A DNA stretch of 63,062 nt, filler included, from Neoconidiobolus thromboides FSU 785 (taxonomy: Eukaryota; Fungi; Entomophthoromycota): assembly GCA_025603075.1 (NCBI GenBank). It is 12 parts of 12 records of this genome, joined end to end, with 100 filler letters (N's around TTAATTAATTAA, not from the genome) between each part and the next. Parts side by side here need not be neighbours in the genome. Positions count along the whole stretch, not along the records: positions 37,061 to 46,001 come from MU626671.1; positions 46,102 to 55,074 come from MU626670.1; 10 more parts are not named here. One strand, given 5' to 3'. Under the pieces are notes generated by a model. It was not told the DNA's origin. It saw nothing but the letters and a program-made list of their open reading frames with translations, and ran no database searches. A program made the position numbers and the translations under genes. Shown piece by piece: positions 38,377 through 50,278 of this stretch. Within the stretch, counting starts at the first letter, position 1. Every line of letters begins with the position of its first letter.

Positions 38377-39121
38377 GTTATATTTTTGCATTAAATTACT
38401 AAAACATATTATTTAAATGAACGAGATTCTTTAATCATTATCTATAATAATTAATATATTGTGATAAAATAATATTGAATCATTTATGTTTTTTACATAT
38501 TTGATTAATAATAGAGCGTAGTATTTATTATTTTACATTTAATTTTATACACAATTAGTCAAAAGCGAGTCTATTGGCCATTTGCCAATTTTAGTAGTTT
38601 ATTTATCTCCCCAATCAAAATTTTTGTAAGCTAGCCAGAATAATGACTTGAAGTCAAATTGGGGATATTTTAAAAATTAATTCAATAAAGATTAAGTTTG
38701 GATACTAAAATGTGACTTATATCTAATTAAATAATTTGCTGCGAATAAAGGGTTTTTAACATTGTATTATGAATTTTTAACTGTGTTATAATGAAAATAT
38801 AGTATTTTAGTATTATCCTTAAGTTTACAATAGTCTTTAAGGGTTTCAGTCGAACTTTAAAGGAATTGAGGTTTATACGATAACATTGTTAAACTATTAT
38901 ATTCTGTAAATTCCAAAAAACTTTGATTCATCAAAGCATGCTAGTAGACAGGATTCTAGGAAACTGCGTATTAATTTTAAGATTTTTTTCATTGATGATA
39001 ATAGCCCGGGGAGATAAAAAAATGGACTTATTTAGTAATTATAAAAAAGTATGAGAAATCAAGACAGTATAAATAAGCAACTAAATTACATAAAATAAAA
39101 TAAAAAATAACAATTATTTAA

Positions 39122-39799
39122 ATGTATAACATGGTATTAGAGTCATTGATAAAAAAATTCCGAAAACATAAAGTGTACAAAGGGGAAGCATTCGCTGCAA
39201 CATTTTCTACCTTAATCCCTTATTCCAATTGGTGCGCTGAGGGTGATATTGTCTATGAGATTACTGAAAAGAGGTTGACAGCCTTGAATTATTTTTTGAT
39301 TAAAAGAAGCTGTGATGGTACTGTTAAGAGCTTGAAATTTAAGAGTAAGAACTATTTAAACTCTAAGCTCACGACGGAAAATAAGGAACAATTAGCCTCA
39401 TTGAGTGAATCATCATTAAGTCAGAAACTTATAAAATGGGGTATTAAGCTACATGATAAAAGTAACATAGAAAAGTTGCAGTATCAAAGCATTAAATTGG
39501 AAACGAAAGATGGGAAGTTGTTTGCGCTGAGTTATCTAGATAATGGGATTCAACAGTCTTATGTGATAAATCATAACAATTTAAGTAAATCGTGGGAAAT
39601 CGTGGGAAATAACGATGATCAGGAAACATTAAAATTTGAATTGGATTCAATCCAGTTTAGAGTTTGTAAATTAAATTTCCAAACAAGTCAGATAAAGGTG
39701 CCGGAACCTATATTGCTAATCGTGCTTGGTCATATCATTAGTTATCAAAACCAAATCGCAGACCATTTTGCACACTCAATAGTAACTATTTCAATCTAG
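39122..39799 (+). CDS. Orphan tandem family, paralog 2 (225 aa, intronless)
   Basis: Intact ORF with a TATA-like element at about 39068. Aligns end to end with paralogs 1 and 3. Confidence 0.88.
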   Translation: MYNMVLESLIKKFRKHKVYKGEAFAATFSTLIPYSNWCAEGDIVYEITEKRLTALNYFLIKRSCDGTVKSLKFKSKNYLNSKLTTENKEQLASLSESSLSQKLIKWGIKLHDKSNIEKLQYQSIKLETKDGKLFALSYLDNGIQQSYVINHNNLSKSWEIVGNNDDQETLKFELDSIQFRVCKLNFQTSQIKVPEPILLIVLGHIISYQNQIADHFAHSIVTISI

Positions 39800-40501
39800 A
39801 CTAAATGGCTTGTATTTTTCATACCTTCTCTATAGTATTCTCATAATTCTATTTGCTCATATCTTTTCCGTGATCTAATTTAACACTATTTTTAAATAAA
39901 CTTTACAAAAACATTACTATTTGGCATTTTAACATTCTCTTCAAAAATTCTTTAATCTGGAATAATAGATATACTCAATCAATATAGAATGGAAACAAAA
40001 AAGAATACCCAAGGTATACTGATGTTTTTAATATTAAATAACTTATTTAATAAATGAGAAGAATGCTATTAAATTATCTAAAATTTAAAAATATTTTATT
40101 TTGTATAATTTCATAACAACTTGATTTATTCTAAGCTTTCACATGGCTTAACTTTATATACTAAATGATTGAAATCATTTCTTAATTACATAATACATTT
40201 TTTAAAAAGCCTTGAAGGAGCCGGAGGCTACCAAGTATTTTATTATTGAGGTAAAAGTTCATAAAGGATTGTGTGACTGATAAGAATATAGCTGGAAAGG
40301 AGTGGAGATGAAGAAGAAAGGAATTATATAATTGTGGAGAAAAACTCTAGCTCAACTTGATCAGCTTTGGGGTTGAATAAGGGCTATACTTAACGACTAT
40401 AAACTCTAATTACGTAATATTTTTTAGAAATCATAGGATTTCTATAGCATCATAGTTATACCATTTTAAATAACAAATTTAAATTAAGATTTTTTATCAA
40501 C

Positions 40502-40609
40502 ATATGGGGGTGTTTTCTTTGATTTCATTACTTTTTCATTTTTTTAAAGCACTATTTGAGTGGAAAGACTGTTAGTAAAATTCTTAAACAAAAAAATACA
40601 TTCCCATAT
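40502..40609 (-). mobile_element. MITE family copy
   Basis: ATATGGGGGTGTTTT...AAAGCACTATTTGAGTGGAAAG...AATACATTCCCATAT. Confidence 0.9.
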
Positions 40610-40844
40610 AATTAATCTTAACATTTTAACGCTTTAACTCTTATATCATTTTGATTTTATTGAGAGATCTGTTAATATCATTTATAAAAAAGAAATAAAA
40701 ATATACTGCGCAAGTTCAAATAAACATGATAAATACAATACTTCTAGAACTCATCATAATAAAATTATCTACAATTAACTATTACTTTTTCATTTATTAT
40801 AACACGCAGTAGTACTTTTGAGACAAAACAAATGCTATTTCTAT

Positions 40845-40950
40845 ATATGGGAATGCATTTTTGTATTTAAGAATTTCACTAACAATTTTTCTACTCAAAT
40901 AACACTTAATAGATAAAAAAAGTGATGAAGCCAGAAAAACATCCCTATAT
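40845..40950 (+). mobile_element. MITE family copy
   Basis: ATATGGGAATGCATTTTTGTATTTAAGAATTTC...AAAACATCCCTATAT. Confidence 0.88.
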
Positions 40951-41203
40951 ACTAACAATTCATTATGAGCCAATACAAAAAAACTCATTATAACTATGTA
41001 AATCAGAATATCCTCTAGACTCAACAGACTTTTTGAATTTTTTTAAATAAACCGGGGAGAATCCAATGCTACTCCCAAAAAAGTCTAAAGGCTTTTCATT
41101 TATCCGAAAGTATCAAGTTTTGAAAACTGCGAAGTCAACATATCAGCACTATAAAAAGATAAAGAAATATAGTCAATAGGTATAATAAAATTCAATCTTG
41201 ATA

Positions 41204-41881
41204 ATGATACTACATAGTATAATGACTAAATTCCAATCCAAGAAAGTGTACCAAGATACATATTTTAATAACTCAATAGATACCTTGATCCCCATTTCCG
41301 ATTGGAACTCAATGAATGAAATCGAGTACGAGATAACTGAAAAACAAATTGGAAATACGGATTATTTGAAAATTAAGAGACAGAGCCAAGACATTTCCAG
41401 TAATCTGAAATTTAAAAGTAAAGGATATGGATACTCTTATCTTACTACTGAAAGTAAGCAAAGATTGGTGAGTATTTCTGAGAATGGTACCTCTACTAAG
41501 AAAGTATTGAAATGGAAAATTAAGTTGGAAGAGGAGACTCAAAATGAAAAACTAAAGTTCCAAAATATAGCGCTTGAAACTAGGGATGGTAAAGAGTACC
41601 TTATAGCTTATAATTCAGGCGGTGATATCAAAAAGCTAAAGCTCAATATAAATAGTAATTTAACAGAGTGGAAGCTGAATTCTTTAGATAATGAAAATCA
41701 AACGGTGTTAAATTTTAAGTTTCCTGTAATGAATTTGAGAAAAAGGGTTCAATTTAAAGTTGAAAGGGAGCATATTGGAATTTCAGAACTTGTGCTATTG
41801 CTGATTATCACTCATTTGTTGAGTTATAAGTCAAATATTGAAGCCTTTTTTAACTCATCTTCCATCAAGCTGGCTTTTTAA
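41204..41881 (+). CDS. Orphan tandem family, paralog 3 (most diverged)
   Basis: MILHSIMTKFQSKKVY...TLIPISDW...YEITEKQ...LKFKSK...LETRDGK...SELVLLLIITHLLSY...KLAF*. Confidence 0.85.
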   Translation: MILHSIMTKFQSKKVYQDTYFNNSIDTLIPISDWNSMNEIEYEITEKQIGNTDYLKIKRQSQDISSNLKFKSKGYGYSYLTTESKQRLVSISENGTSTKKVLKWKIKLEEETQNEKLKFQNIALETRDGKEYLIAYNSGGDIKKLKLNINSNLTEWKLNSLDNENQTVLNFKFPVMNLRKRVQFKVEREHIGISELVLLLIITHLLSYKSNIEAFFNSSSIKLAF

Positions 41882-42589
41882 TTAACTTTTGACTGTAATC
41901 TTCTCCCTTTAATTTAATAATCGATCAAATTTTAGTTTTTAATAAAATTTATAAAAACAGAGCTTTTGATTAATATTTTATAAATCTTCAGTGCTGACTT
42001 GATATGGTCTTTTATTTGAAATAGAAATTATTTAGATACATTATATAATCAAAGTTGTTGAAGAATTTAGCATTAAATAATGGCCTATAAATAAGGGTAA
42101 GATATAAATAAAAATAAATAAATTAACAATCAAACATTTATAAAAGTGTATATCTAAGAAAAATTTAGGGCCATTTTAGATAATTAACACCTGATGTTAT
42201 ATACTCAGACCGATCCTTGAGAGAACTAAAGATAGGGTTGAAGAAGCAGTTGAGTTAATTATTGATAATGAACAAATGTAAGCTGAAGGTAAAGTTTTTA
42301 AGTCAAACAAATACTACAAAAAGTTCTCTAATTAAATTTTAATTGAAATTTCTGGAAAATACCAAAAAAACAAAAAAATGTTAAAAAAATGCAATAAATT
42401 TAAAAACAAAATGTCAATATCAAAAGTAACACACACTATTCAAAATAAAACTTTATAGTATACAATTCATATGAGTATAAAACTATTTAAATTCTTGACT
42501 CAGTTTTATTATAACATGTAAAAAATGTTACTGTTTAATACATTTTGTTGTAAAAATTAATCAAATAAATTATAACTTTGATCTACTGT

Positions 42590-43410
42590 ACGAAGTTATT
42601 TAAGATGTAATATAACCAATATCTTTCATAGTAATGTCTGAACTCAATGTGAATCTCGAGCAAGATAAGTTTCTTTATATAGCTGTAGTAACAAAGCATG
42701 AAGCAAAAACATTTCTCTTTAATAAATATTTTTTTATTTTCTTATAGTCAAGCATTGTAGGATGCCCACTACCTTTATGCTCATATAACCCTAATGAATG
42801 GAATTTTTCAACTACTAGTAAGCAGTTATAATTATTTTTGATACCTGCTGTCTTGTTAAAAGGTGCAAAATCTTTAGCTACGCTATATAAGCTCCCAATA
42901 ATAGTGGTACCTTAACCATGCTTTTTAACTAATCTTTCCAAATCATTAATATTATTATACTTAAGATTATATATATTCAGCTCCCCAAGACCAATACTAT
43001 CTCTAAAAGACCTACGTAGAAGCCTATATATATATGTTATTTTCACTACCACATAAGGGTTAAACAAGAGTAGCATTGGCTACATGTTCTGGTTGAATGA
43101 TCATAGTTACTTCTTTATTGATATATTCTGCTACCTTTTTCTAGAATAAACCTTGTGAGCCATCATCGGATACAAAAGCACCTGACATAACTACTTCAGA
43201 GTCATAACTAGCCACAGGTATGATCTTTGAAACTCACAGGTAATTATTATCGCCGACAATGATACTATCTTTAGTAGATGGTAGCCTTATTAAAGTGCCG
43301 TTTATTACTCTATCGCCTTCAGGCGCTCTAGTCTCAAAGTAATTTTTAAACTTTGCAATAAATTCCTGTTCCATTAAGTTGGGACCATTATTTGAAGTTT
43401 CTATGGTGTT
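42590..43410 (-). pseudogene. cqsA: CqsA/LqsA-like PLP-dependent (class II, AOS family) autoinducer-synthase pseudogene
   Basis: Manual translation: KNYFETR...DSIIVGDNNYL*...VVMSGAFV...F*KKVAEY...[19 protein letters not shown] /frameshift/ SFRDSIGLG...KYNNINDLERLVKKHG*GTTIIGSLYSV...FAP...[22 protein letters not shown]. This is collinear with Vibrio CqsA as recalled ([73 protein letters not shown]). At least 4 stops and frameshifts. The core at 42750-43374 is well supported and the 3' extension is weak. Confidence 0.75.
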
Positions 43411-45507
43411 TTTTTTCTCCTTTAACTAAAGCAGGTCTACAATTAGGACTGTTATTAACTTGGGCAAATTGTCTTAGTTTTTGGATTTTTTAATAGTCTT
43501 ACATTGACTTGCATTGGAATTTACAATAGCCAAATAAATCAGTTACTTTTACTTAACAAAGAATGGCATACCTAATGATGGTTTATGTAGCCTTGAAAAA
43601 TGGTAACAATCAAGCTATTTTCACCATTGAAATTAAAAGATTTATATATAGCTTCCGGATTTAGGATAAGTTGTCAGTTGGATATAATATATATGATGTG
43701 AGTCACTGGCTACATACTTTGTAACCATAGTTATTTTTAACAAGGTTATTACTATAATAGCTTAAATAGAGGCTTCTAAATTTATAGTAAATCGCCAATT
43801 ACATGCAAAATTAATAGTAAATAGCTCTCAATTATGCTTGTGTAAACATCTTTGTATTTAATAAGTTTTTATTATAATAGTTTAAATGTCATTCTCAGTT
43901 TCGTGTACTCTCTTGAATAAGTACGGTTTCGAATTTTCAATCAGTTTTTATGAAATGGAGGGAGATTTAATAAAAGAATAAAAAAGGTTATATCTACCAT
44001 AAAAGGTTATATTTATACTTTTAATTCTTTATTCAATTGTTAATTTTATCAAGCTATATTATGTACAGAAAAACTTTAGGGGTTTAATAAGTTAACTTTT
44101 GTAACGCATCCAAAGCAAAATCTTACGATTTTTTCTGAATTGAATTCTCTTCTTAACTAGCCATGCAACTTATGTCTAAAATGATTACTTTGGTTAATTT
44201 ATTTGCTCAAAAAGTAAATATTTTTGTGCACTCACTTTAACTTGGATATGTTTTTTAACTTATTTTCCTATAAAATTAAGTTAAACTTCTATTATCAGCC
44301 TCAACTTTCAATTTGTAAAAAAAATTCAACCTGTTTCTAAAAAATTCGAGTTGATTTGAAAATAAGACTAATATAAAATTATATATTTTTCTGGGAGTTT
44401 AAATTGATAAATTATTTATTTGAACGTCAAGATATTTAAAATTTTATTTATAATATCAAATTTTTGGATTTGTTTTAGATTAAATAGCTTTTTTATTGAT
44501 TCCACATCCAACAAGATGATATGGTTTATTTAAGTAAATTGTAAAGAATGAAAAAGAATAGAAGGTAAGATATTAGAAGAATTTGGGGATACTGAGGGCT
44601 TTGAACATTTTGAGTGCTTTGGCGTTAGGTTTGGTACGGCGGAAAAGATATTCAAATTCCTTATAAAGGGATTTTTGTCATTCGAACTGCAGTATTTTAT
44701 AAGAGGAAAACGCTAAGATTGATTTATAGTAGAGATTATGAAAGTTTCTGTGGACTACTCACACACTGAATAAAAAAATTAAATATCTTATTTTACAAAA
44801 TCTAAGTGTGCGCAAAACTTTCGAGTCTAATATTTGGTGATTTTGACGTTGTCATAAATGTTAATAAATTATGATTTTTTGTATAGTTTTTTACTCGGTG
44901 ATCAAGGTTTTATAATTTGTAATATAAATCACAAATATACTTATAGTATTTTTTTAAAATACGTTTAATTAGTTAGTACTACCTTGTAAATCAACATCAG
45001 GTCCTAATTTTAATAGTACACTACTTTTAAAACTGTCTCAAAGTTTCAGGTGGTCAACTTTGAATGTTAATTTCCTACTAATTAGTATTTAAAAAATAAG
45101 CTTTTTTTATAGTTATATTTGGCTTTCTCATATCAACGCTTATACAAATGTCACTTTTGTAAATTTTATATTAAATGAAATAACTTATTTTATCTCAGTT
45201 TAAAAGTGGGGCAGTTTTTGGAGGATATAACTAAAAATCATAAAAATTCAAATATCTCTTTATTTCTATTAATAACAACTTATGTAGCTTTTGGTATATA
45301 ATTAAAAGATATATGGGATGTTCCATAGAAAATTTCAGCTCAAATATGTCTATATTATATGATCATGGATCCATCAATCATAAGTTATTTGATATTCTTA
45401 ATGCTTTTTAAAACATAAGTAATATGGTATAAATGCATTTTATATAAAGTAATAATAACAGCAAATAGTATAAAAGGGAATTGATATACAAATCAATCAA
45501 CCTAGAA

Positions 45508-46001
45508 ATGGATAAAAACATAGATTTATTCTCTAAAAAACCAATTTACTCTTTTTCAACACTAGATAATTCAAGTAATGTGTTTAATGAATTATCTTCT
45601 CAATCTACATTAACTACAAGCTACAAGACTCCTTTACCTTATAACGCAAAAGTAATTTTATTCTTAGTTTTTTTGTTTTTTTTAGTTTTCTAATTTTTTA
45701 TAGCAATTACCACTTTCTGATAATAAAGTTAATACTCGATATCACCCAGAAGATAGTTACCGCTTTCCGATTGATCCAGAAGATTTCACTCGTTATGGTT
45801 ATATTAAGAATTGTAATATTAATTATTAAACAATGATAAAAATTACTAATATGTTTGAAGATATCATAAAGAATCATATGGGTGATATTCATCTTGGTAT
45901 TGAAGAATCTAATCAATTAAAGATAAAAGTAAATATAAAGTATATTTCATTTTGATTATTAATACTTTTTATTAGATGAAATCAAATATCAATTATTATC
46001 G
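45508..46001 (+). CDS. Hypothetical multi-exon gene, 3'-truncated by gap
   Basis: MDKNIDLFSKK...PYNAK, intron, QLPLSDNK...FTRYGYIKN, then two more GT-AG introns with open exons. Confidence 0.55.
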
Positions 46002-46101
46002 NNNNNNNNNNNNNNNNNNNNNNNNNNNNNNNNNNNNNNNNNNNNTTAATTAATTAANNNNNNNNNNNNNNNNNNNNNNNNNNNNNNNNNNNNNNNNNNN
46101 N

Positions 46102-47425
46102 TTAAAACTAGATACTTCATCTGATATTGTCATTGACACTATCTTCAGTTTCTTACCTTCAGATCAACTGTTTGATTTAAGATTTTTAAACAAAGCATTG
46201 TTTAAACAAATCAACTTGCTTATCTTTAATCATTTGTGTTATTCAGTTTATTCGAGTTCATCAACTTACTCATATGTTCAACATTCTTTCTATGAATATC
46301 GTAGTAACAATGTACAATATTTGAAGATAAAAAGTGATCAGTTGAGCTTTTTAGTTTTATGTCTAGACATTGTAATTTTGGATATTGAACATAAATAATT
46401 GACCGATATTGATATATTGAATAATTCAATACCACAAGAACTACCTTATTTGAAGAATATGATATTAACCATTACAATTAATCAACAGTCTATTTTGTTT
46501 AAGCATATAGCTTTATTATCTCGGGTTAAGAAGCTAACAGTTAGCGTTAATGATCCAGTTGATCTAGACCATTTTGTCAATCTACTTGATCCATACAAGC
46601 TTAAAGTATTAAAGATTAAATGTATCTCAACCAATTTAAACGGACTTGGTAAGTTGAAAGAGTTATTTGAAGAATTAAAGAAGCTAATAGTTATTAGTGA
46701 AGCTTTTTCAATACCTTCAACTCTCAATAATAATTCCAATTTTCAATCACTTGAAACACTAAAGATAGAAGGTAATCCAGTAAATAAAGTTCCTTTGAAC
46801 TATTTAGAGGATATTTCTAAAATAAAATCGGTATCTGTAAATATAGATGATTTTATCTATAATGAAATTATAAAACCAACGCATCCAATTATTCAATCGT
46901 TTGGCTTCAACAAGCCAATATACAATATAAACTGGCTTTTTAACGTCACACATTTAAAAGAAATTTGTATTAGTAGAACTACTACTTTTGAATCCGCCTT
47001 TAAAGCCATTTTATTGCTTAATACTGTTAAAATATTAACTATTCACAATTTAAATTATGTATACCGAGGATTTTGTTTGCGCCATTACCTTAGTGACCAT
47101 CTCAACAAAAAAGCGTATAAATTAGCTCGCGGAATCGTTAGTTGTTCCTTAAGCTCGACTTCAATTAAAAAAGCTATCTTTAAAGGATGTGATATTTCAG
47201 CAAATAATTTGTTTGACGTTATTTCTTCTGAATAATATCAGAGTAGTTGATTTTATCAATGGTAGATGTTACTATTGTATTGATAAGATAGTATGTGGTT
47301 TTTACAAAAAGGCATTTCTAATTCAATTTGATCGAAAATCTATATCTAATAGCTTGACGATTATTCACAACCCACTTAGTTACTTTAAACGTTATGTCAC
47401 TCTTATTGTAGATATTATAGATTAG
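46102..47425 (+). pseudogene. F-box/LRR (RNI-like) pseudogene, copy 1
   Basis: N-terminal F-box-like DIVIDTIFSFLPSDQLFDLRFLNK and LxxLxL-type repeats. In-frame TAA at 46396-46398 and a frameshift near 47225. Confidence 0.75.
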
Positions 47426-47532
47426 CATTTCTTATAATATTTAAACAAAATATTTATGCTATTATTTCAATTTTTAATCTTAAGTTCAAAGCTATATCGA
47501 ATTTATACAAAGTAATTTAAATCAATGATAAG

Positions 47533-47610
47533 AAGGTGCTTTTTTCATTTTATGTCATTTTTTAAGTGCAATCTGAGAGGAAAATTTATTAGTAAAACTT
47601 GAAAAAAATT
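47533..47610 (-). mobile_element. MITE family copy (degenerate)
   Basis: TTTTTAAGTGCAATCTGAGAGGAAAATTTATTAGTAAAACTT resembles the family core. Confidence 0.55.
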
Positions 47611-47763
47611 CTGAAATCTAGAATTTTGAGTAATGAAATAAATTTTTAGAATGAGTCTTGATTTGTGGATTTTATTAAGTTTATCGTATTCATCAAAAAT
47701 TTAAAAAAATAAAGGGACAGCAATCTCATTTTAACTCTATAATATTATAAAAAAGGATAAAAA

Positions 47764-49216
47764 ATGGTCAACAGTTATTCCAAGAGTTCCAACAATATAG
47801 TAAATATTGATTATAGGGAGGACTATAAGGTAGGTGATTTATAATATACGGTAATAGATAACAAAGGAATACTATTCTGTTTAACTATTAAAATTAAAAA
47901 TATTTTATTTTTATATAATGACATAATTGTTCAAATTTATTATTTAGTTTACTGATAAATTTAGTGATACTATATCCGATCTCCAATGGTCACCATCAGG
48001 TCCTTATTTATCTGTTGCTTCTTGGGATAAAACTGTAAGTTTCAATACTTGAAATTAAACAAATGATGAAAATCTCACTTCCTTAGGTAAAAATTTATGA
48101 AGTAAGTCAAGCAGCAAAACTACAAGCACGTCCATTAATGATGTATGAGCATGAAGCACCAGTGATGTGTAGTTCTTTTACTTTGGTAAATTATTTTGAT
48201 TTTTAAATATTTTCTTGAAATTTCAAACATTTATATTTAAAAAATTAAATAGGACGGCCAACAGATGGTTTCTGGAGGAGGGGATAATCAGGTCGTAAGA
48301 TTTGATTTAAAATCAGGAAATAAAGCAATTGTTGGCACCCATGACGCTCCAATATCTTGTATTGGATGGATTAACTCAAGTCAGATTTTGGTTACTGGTT
48401 CTTGGGATAAAACAATTAAAGTGAGTTTAATAGCAATAAGAGAAGAATGCTAAAGTTAATAATATGTATTTCTTATTTCAGTATTGGGATCTCCGACAAA
48501 ATAGAGCAGTTAGTACAGTAGCACTAAGTGATAGAGTATATTGTATGTCCACTTCAGGTGACTTATTAGTGGCTGGTTTGGCTGATAAATCAATTTCAAT
48601 AGTCAATTTACAAAACCCTCAAGCTGTATTGTCCGTAAGTTTTTGATTTATTCATTTTATTTGATAGTTTATATTTTATTATAATATATTAGAATGCCCC
48701 TTCCGAGGCTTTAAGACAAGTAAAATGTATATCAGCATATTCAAGCCCAAGGCTTGGATACTTTTATGGTACAGCGAGCGGAGCGATATATGAGAAAGTA
48801 GTAGAACCAAACAAGATGGGAATATCAAATAATGGAGATCGAGCAAATAAAAAAGCACATATGAGATCAACGAGTTATTCGTATTCAGTAAATAAAATGT
48901 GTATCCATCCTTCACAACAGTATTTGTGTTCTGGTGGTAGTGATGGAAAGATTAATATTTGGAGTAGGGAATCATTTGTTAGACTCAGTTATTTCGACTT
49001 TAAAGATAATCCTGTTACGGCTCTTAATTTTGATTCCTCAGGTCAAATCTTAGCTTATGCTACAGGGTATGAATGGAAAAAGGTAATATTCTTTAGTTTT
49101 TTATAAAGTGGAGGTGCTTATTGTTTTTTTAGGGATACCAATATCATAAAAATATTACACCTGCACTCGCATTGCATAAAATGAAGGAGATTGATTTACC
49201 TAAAAATCGTAATTAA
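47764..49216 (+). CDS. RAE1: Rae1/Gle2 (Bub3-like) WD40 protein, divergent, multi-exon
   Basis: DTISDLQWSP...VASWDKTV, THDAPI, LVTGSWDKTIKYWDLR, YSVNKMCIHP...SGGSDG and AYATGYEWKKG. Confidence 0.8.
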
Positions 49217-49503
49217 ATAAGTTGTTTAAAGATATAAAGTAAAATAAATATAAACGCTATTAAAAAATAAATTTTAGAGTATTATTATTAATCATGACTT
49301 TATTTTTACTGCTTATTCCTTTATAAATTAGTCATTGAAACTAAATTAAATTATAAAATTTACATTAGAAATCAAAAACGGGTTATAGCTCATACTTTTT
49401 CAAGAAAATGTTAAGATTTTCCAAATTATTACATCACGAAATTATTAACAGTATAAAAGTCAACAAGTTCAAATTTTCAAATAATTTTTATTCAAGTTTA
49501 AAA

Positions 49504-50278
49504 ATGAGTACTACCGCTAGCAACCCAACTTCTGGTTTCTGCTTTGTAAAAATAATAGATATCAAACACAATGAAATAAACTAATCTAATATTTATATTC
49601 ACAAAGAACCACACCATGATCCGCGTCAAGGATCCTAAAGCTTCTGTTGATTTTTATACTAAAGTTTTAGGCATGAAGTAAGTTGTTGGCAACTCGCCAT
49701 TGTTTTAGTATTTTGAAAAAATAATTACTAACAAAACACCACTTAGATTATTGCGTGAAAGCAAGATGGAATCTGGCAAATTCACCTTATATTTCTTAGG
49801 TTATTTAGGAGAAGATGAAGTACTACCTACTGAGGAATCTCAACTCCATACCTTTGTCGCCAAAAGATCAGGTGTATTAGAATTGACTCAGTAAGTGATT
49901 TAAGATGTTTAGTATCCTACCAGAAAGACTAAATCTTTATTTTTTAGTAACTGGGGTACTGAAAATGATGACTCATTTGAAGGATACCATAATGGAAACA
50001 AAGAACCCAGAGGGTAAGATTCTTTAATAATAATCAAGCGCTAAACGTTTAATTATTAGCTTTGGACACATTGCCATCTCAGTCGATGACATTAATGAAG
50101 CTTGTAAGAGGTTCGATGAGTTAAAAGTTAAGTATGTTAAACGCCTTGAAGACGGTAGTATGAAACATATTGCCTTCATTGCTGATCCTGATAACTATTG
50201 GGTTGAGGTAAAAATCCTTCATTACGATGTCATAGTTTTAACTGAATTTTATTCTAGATTGTACCTAAGACTGTTTAA
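49504..50278 (+). CDS. GLO1: Lactoylglutathione lyase (glyoxalase I), single-domain, multi-exon
   Basis: [60 protein letters not shown] and [11 protein letters not shown]. Confidence 0.95.

Noticed and set aside
40797-41024. 75-aa ORF on the minus strand
   Set aside because: It is mostly MITE sequence read in frame by chance.
46396-46398. In-frame TAA shared by both F-box copies, suggesting readthrough or a non-standard code
   Set aside because: Conserved genes (MCAD, L12, Glo1) end at TAA at the expected positions, and the F-box copies also carry frameshifts or extra stops. Pseudogenisation is the simpler explanation.
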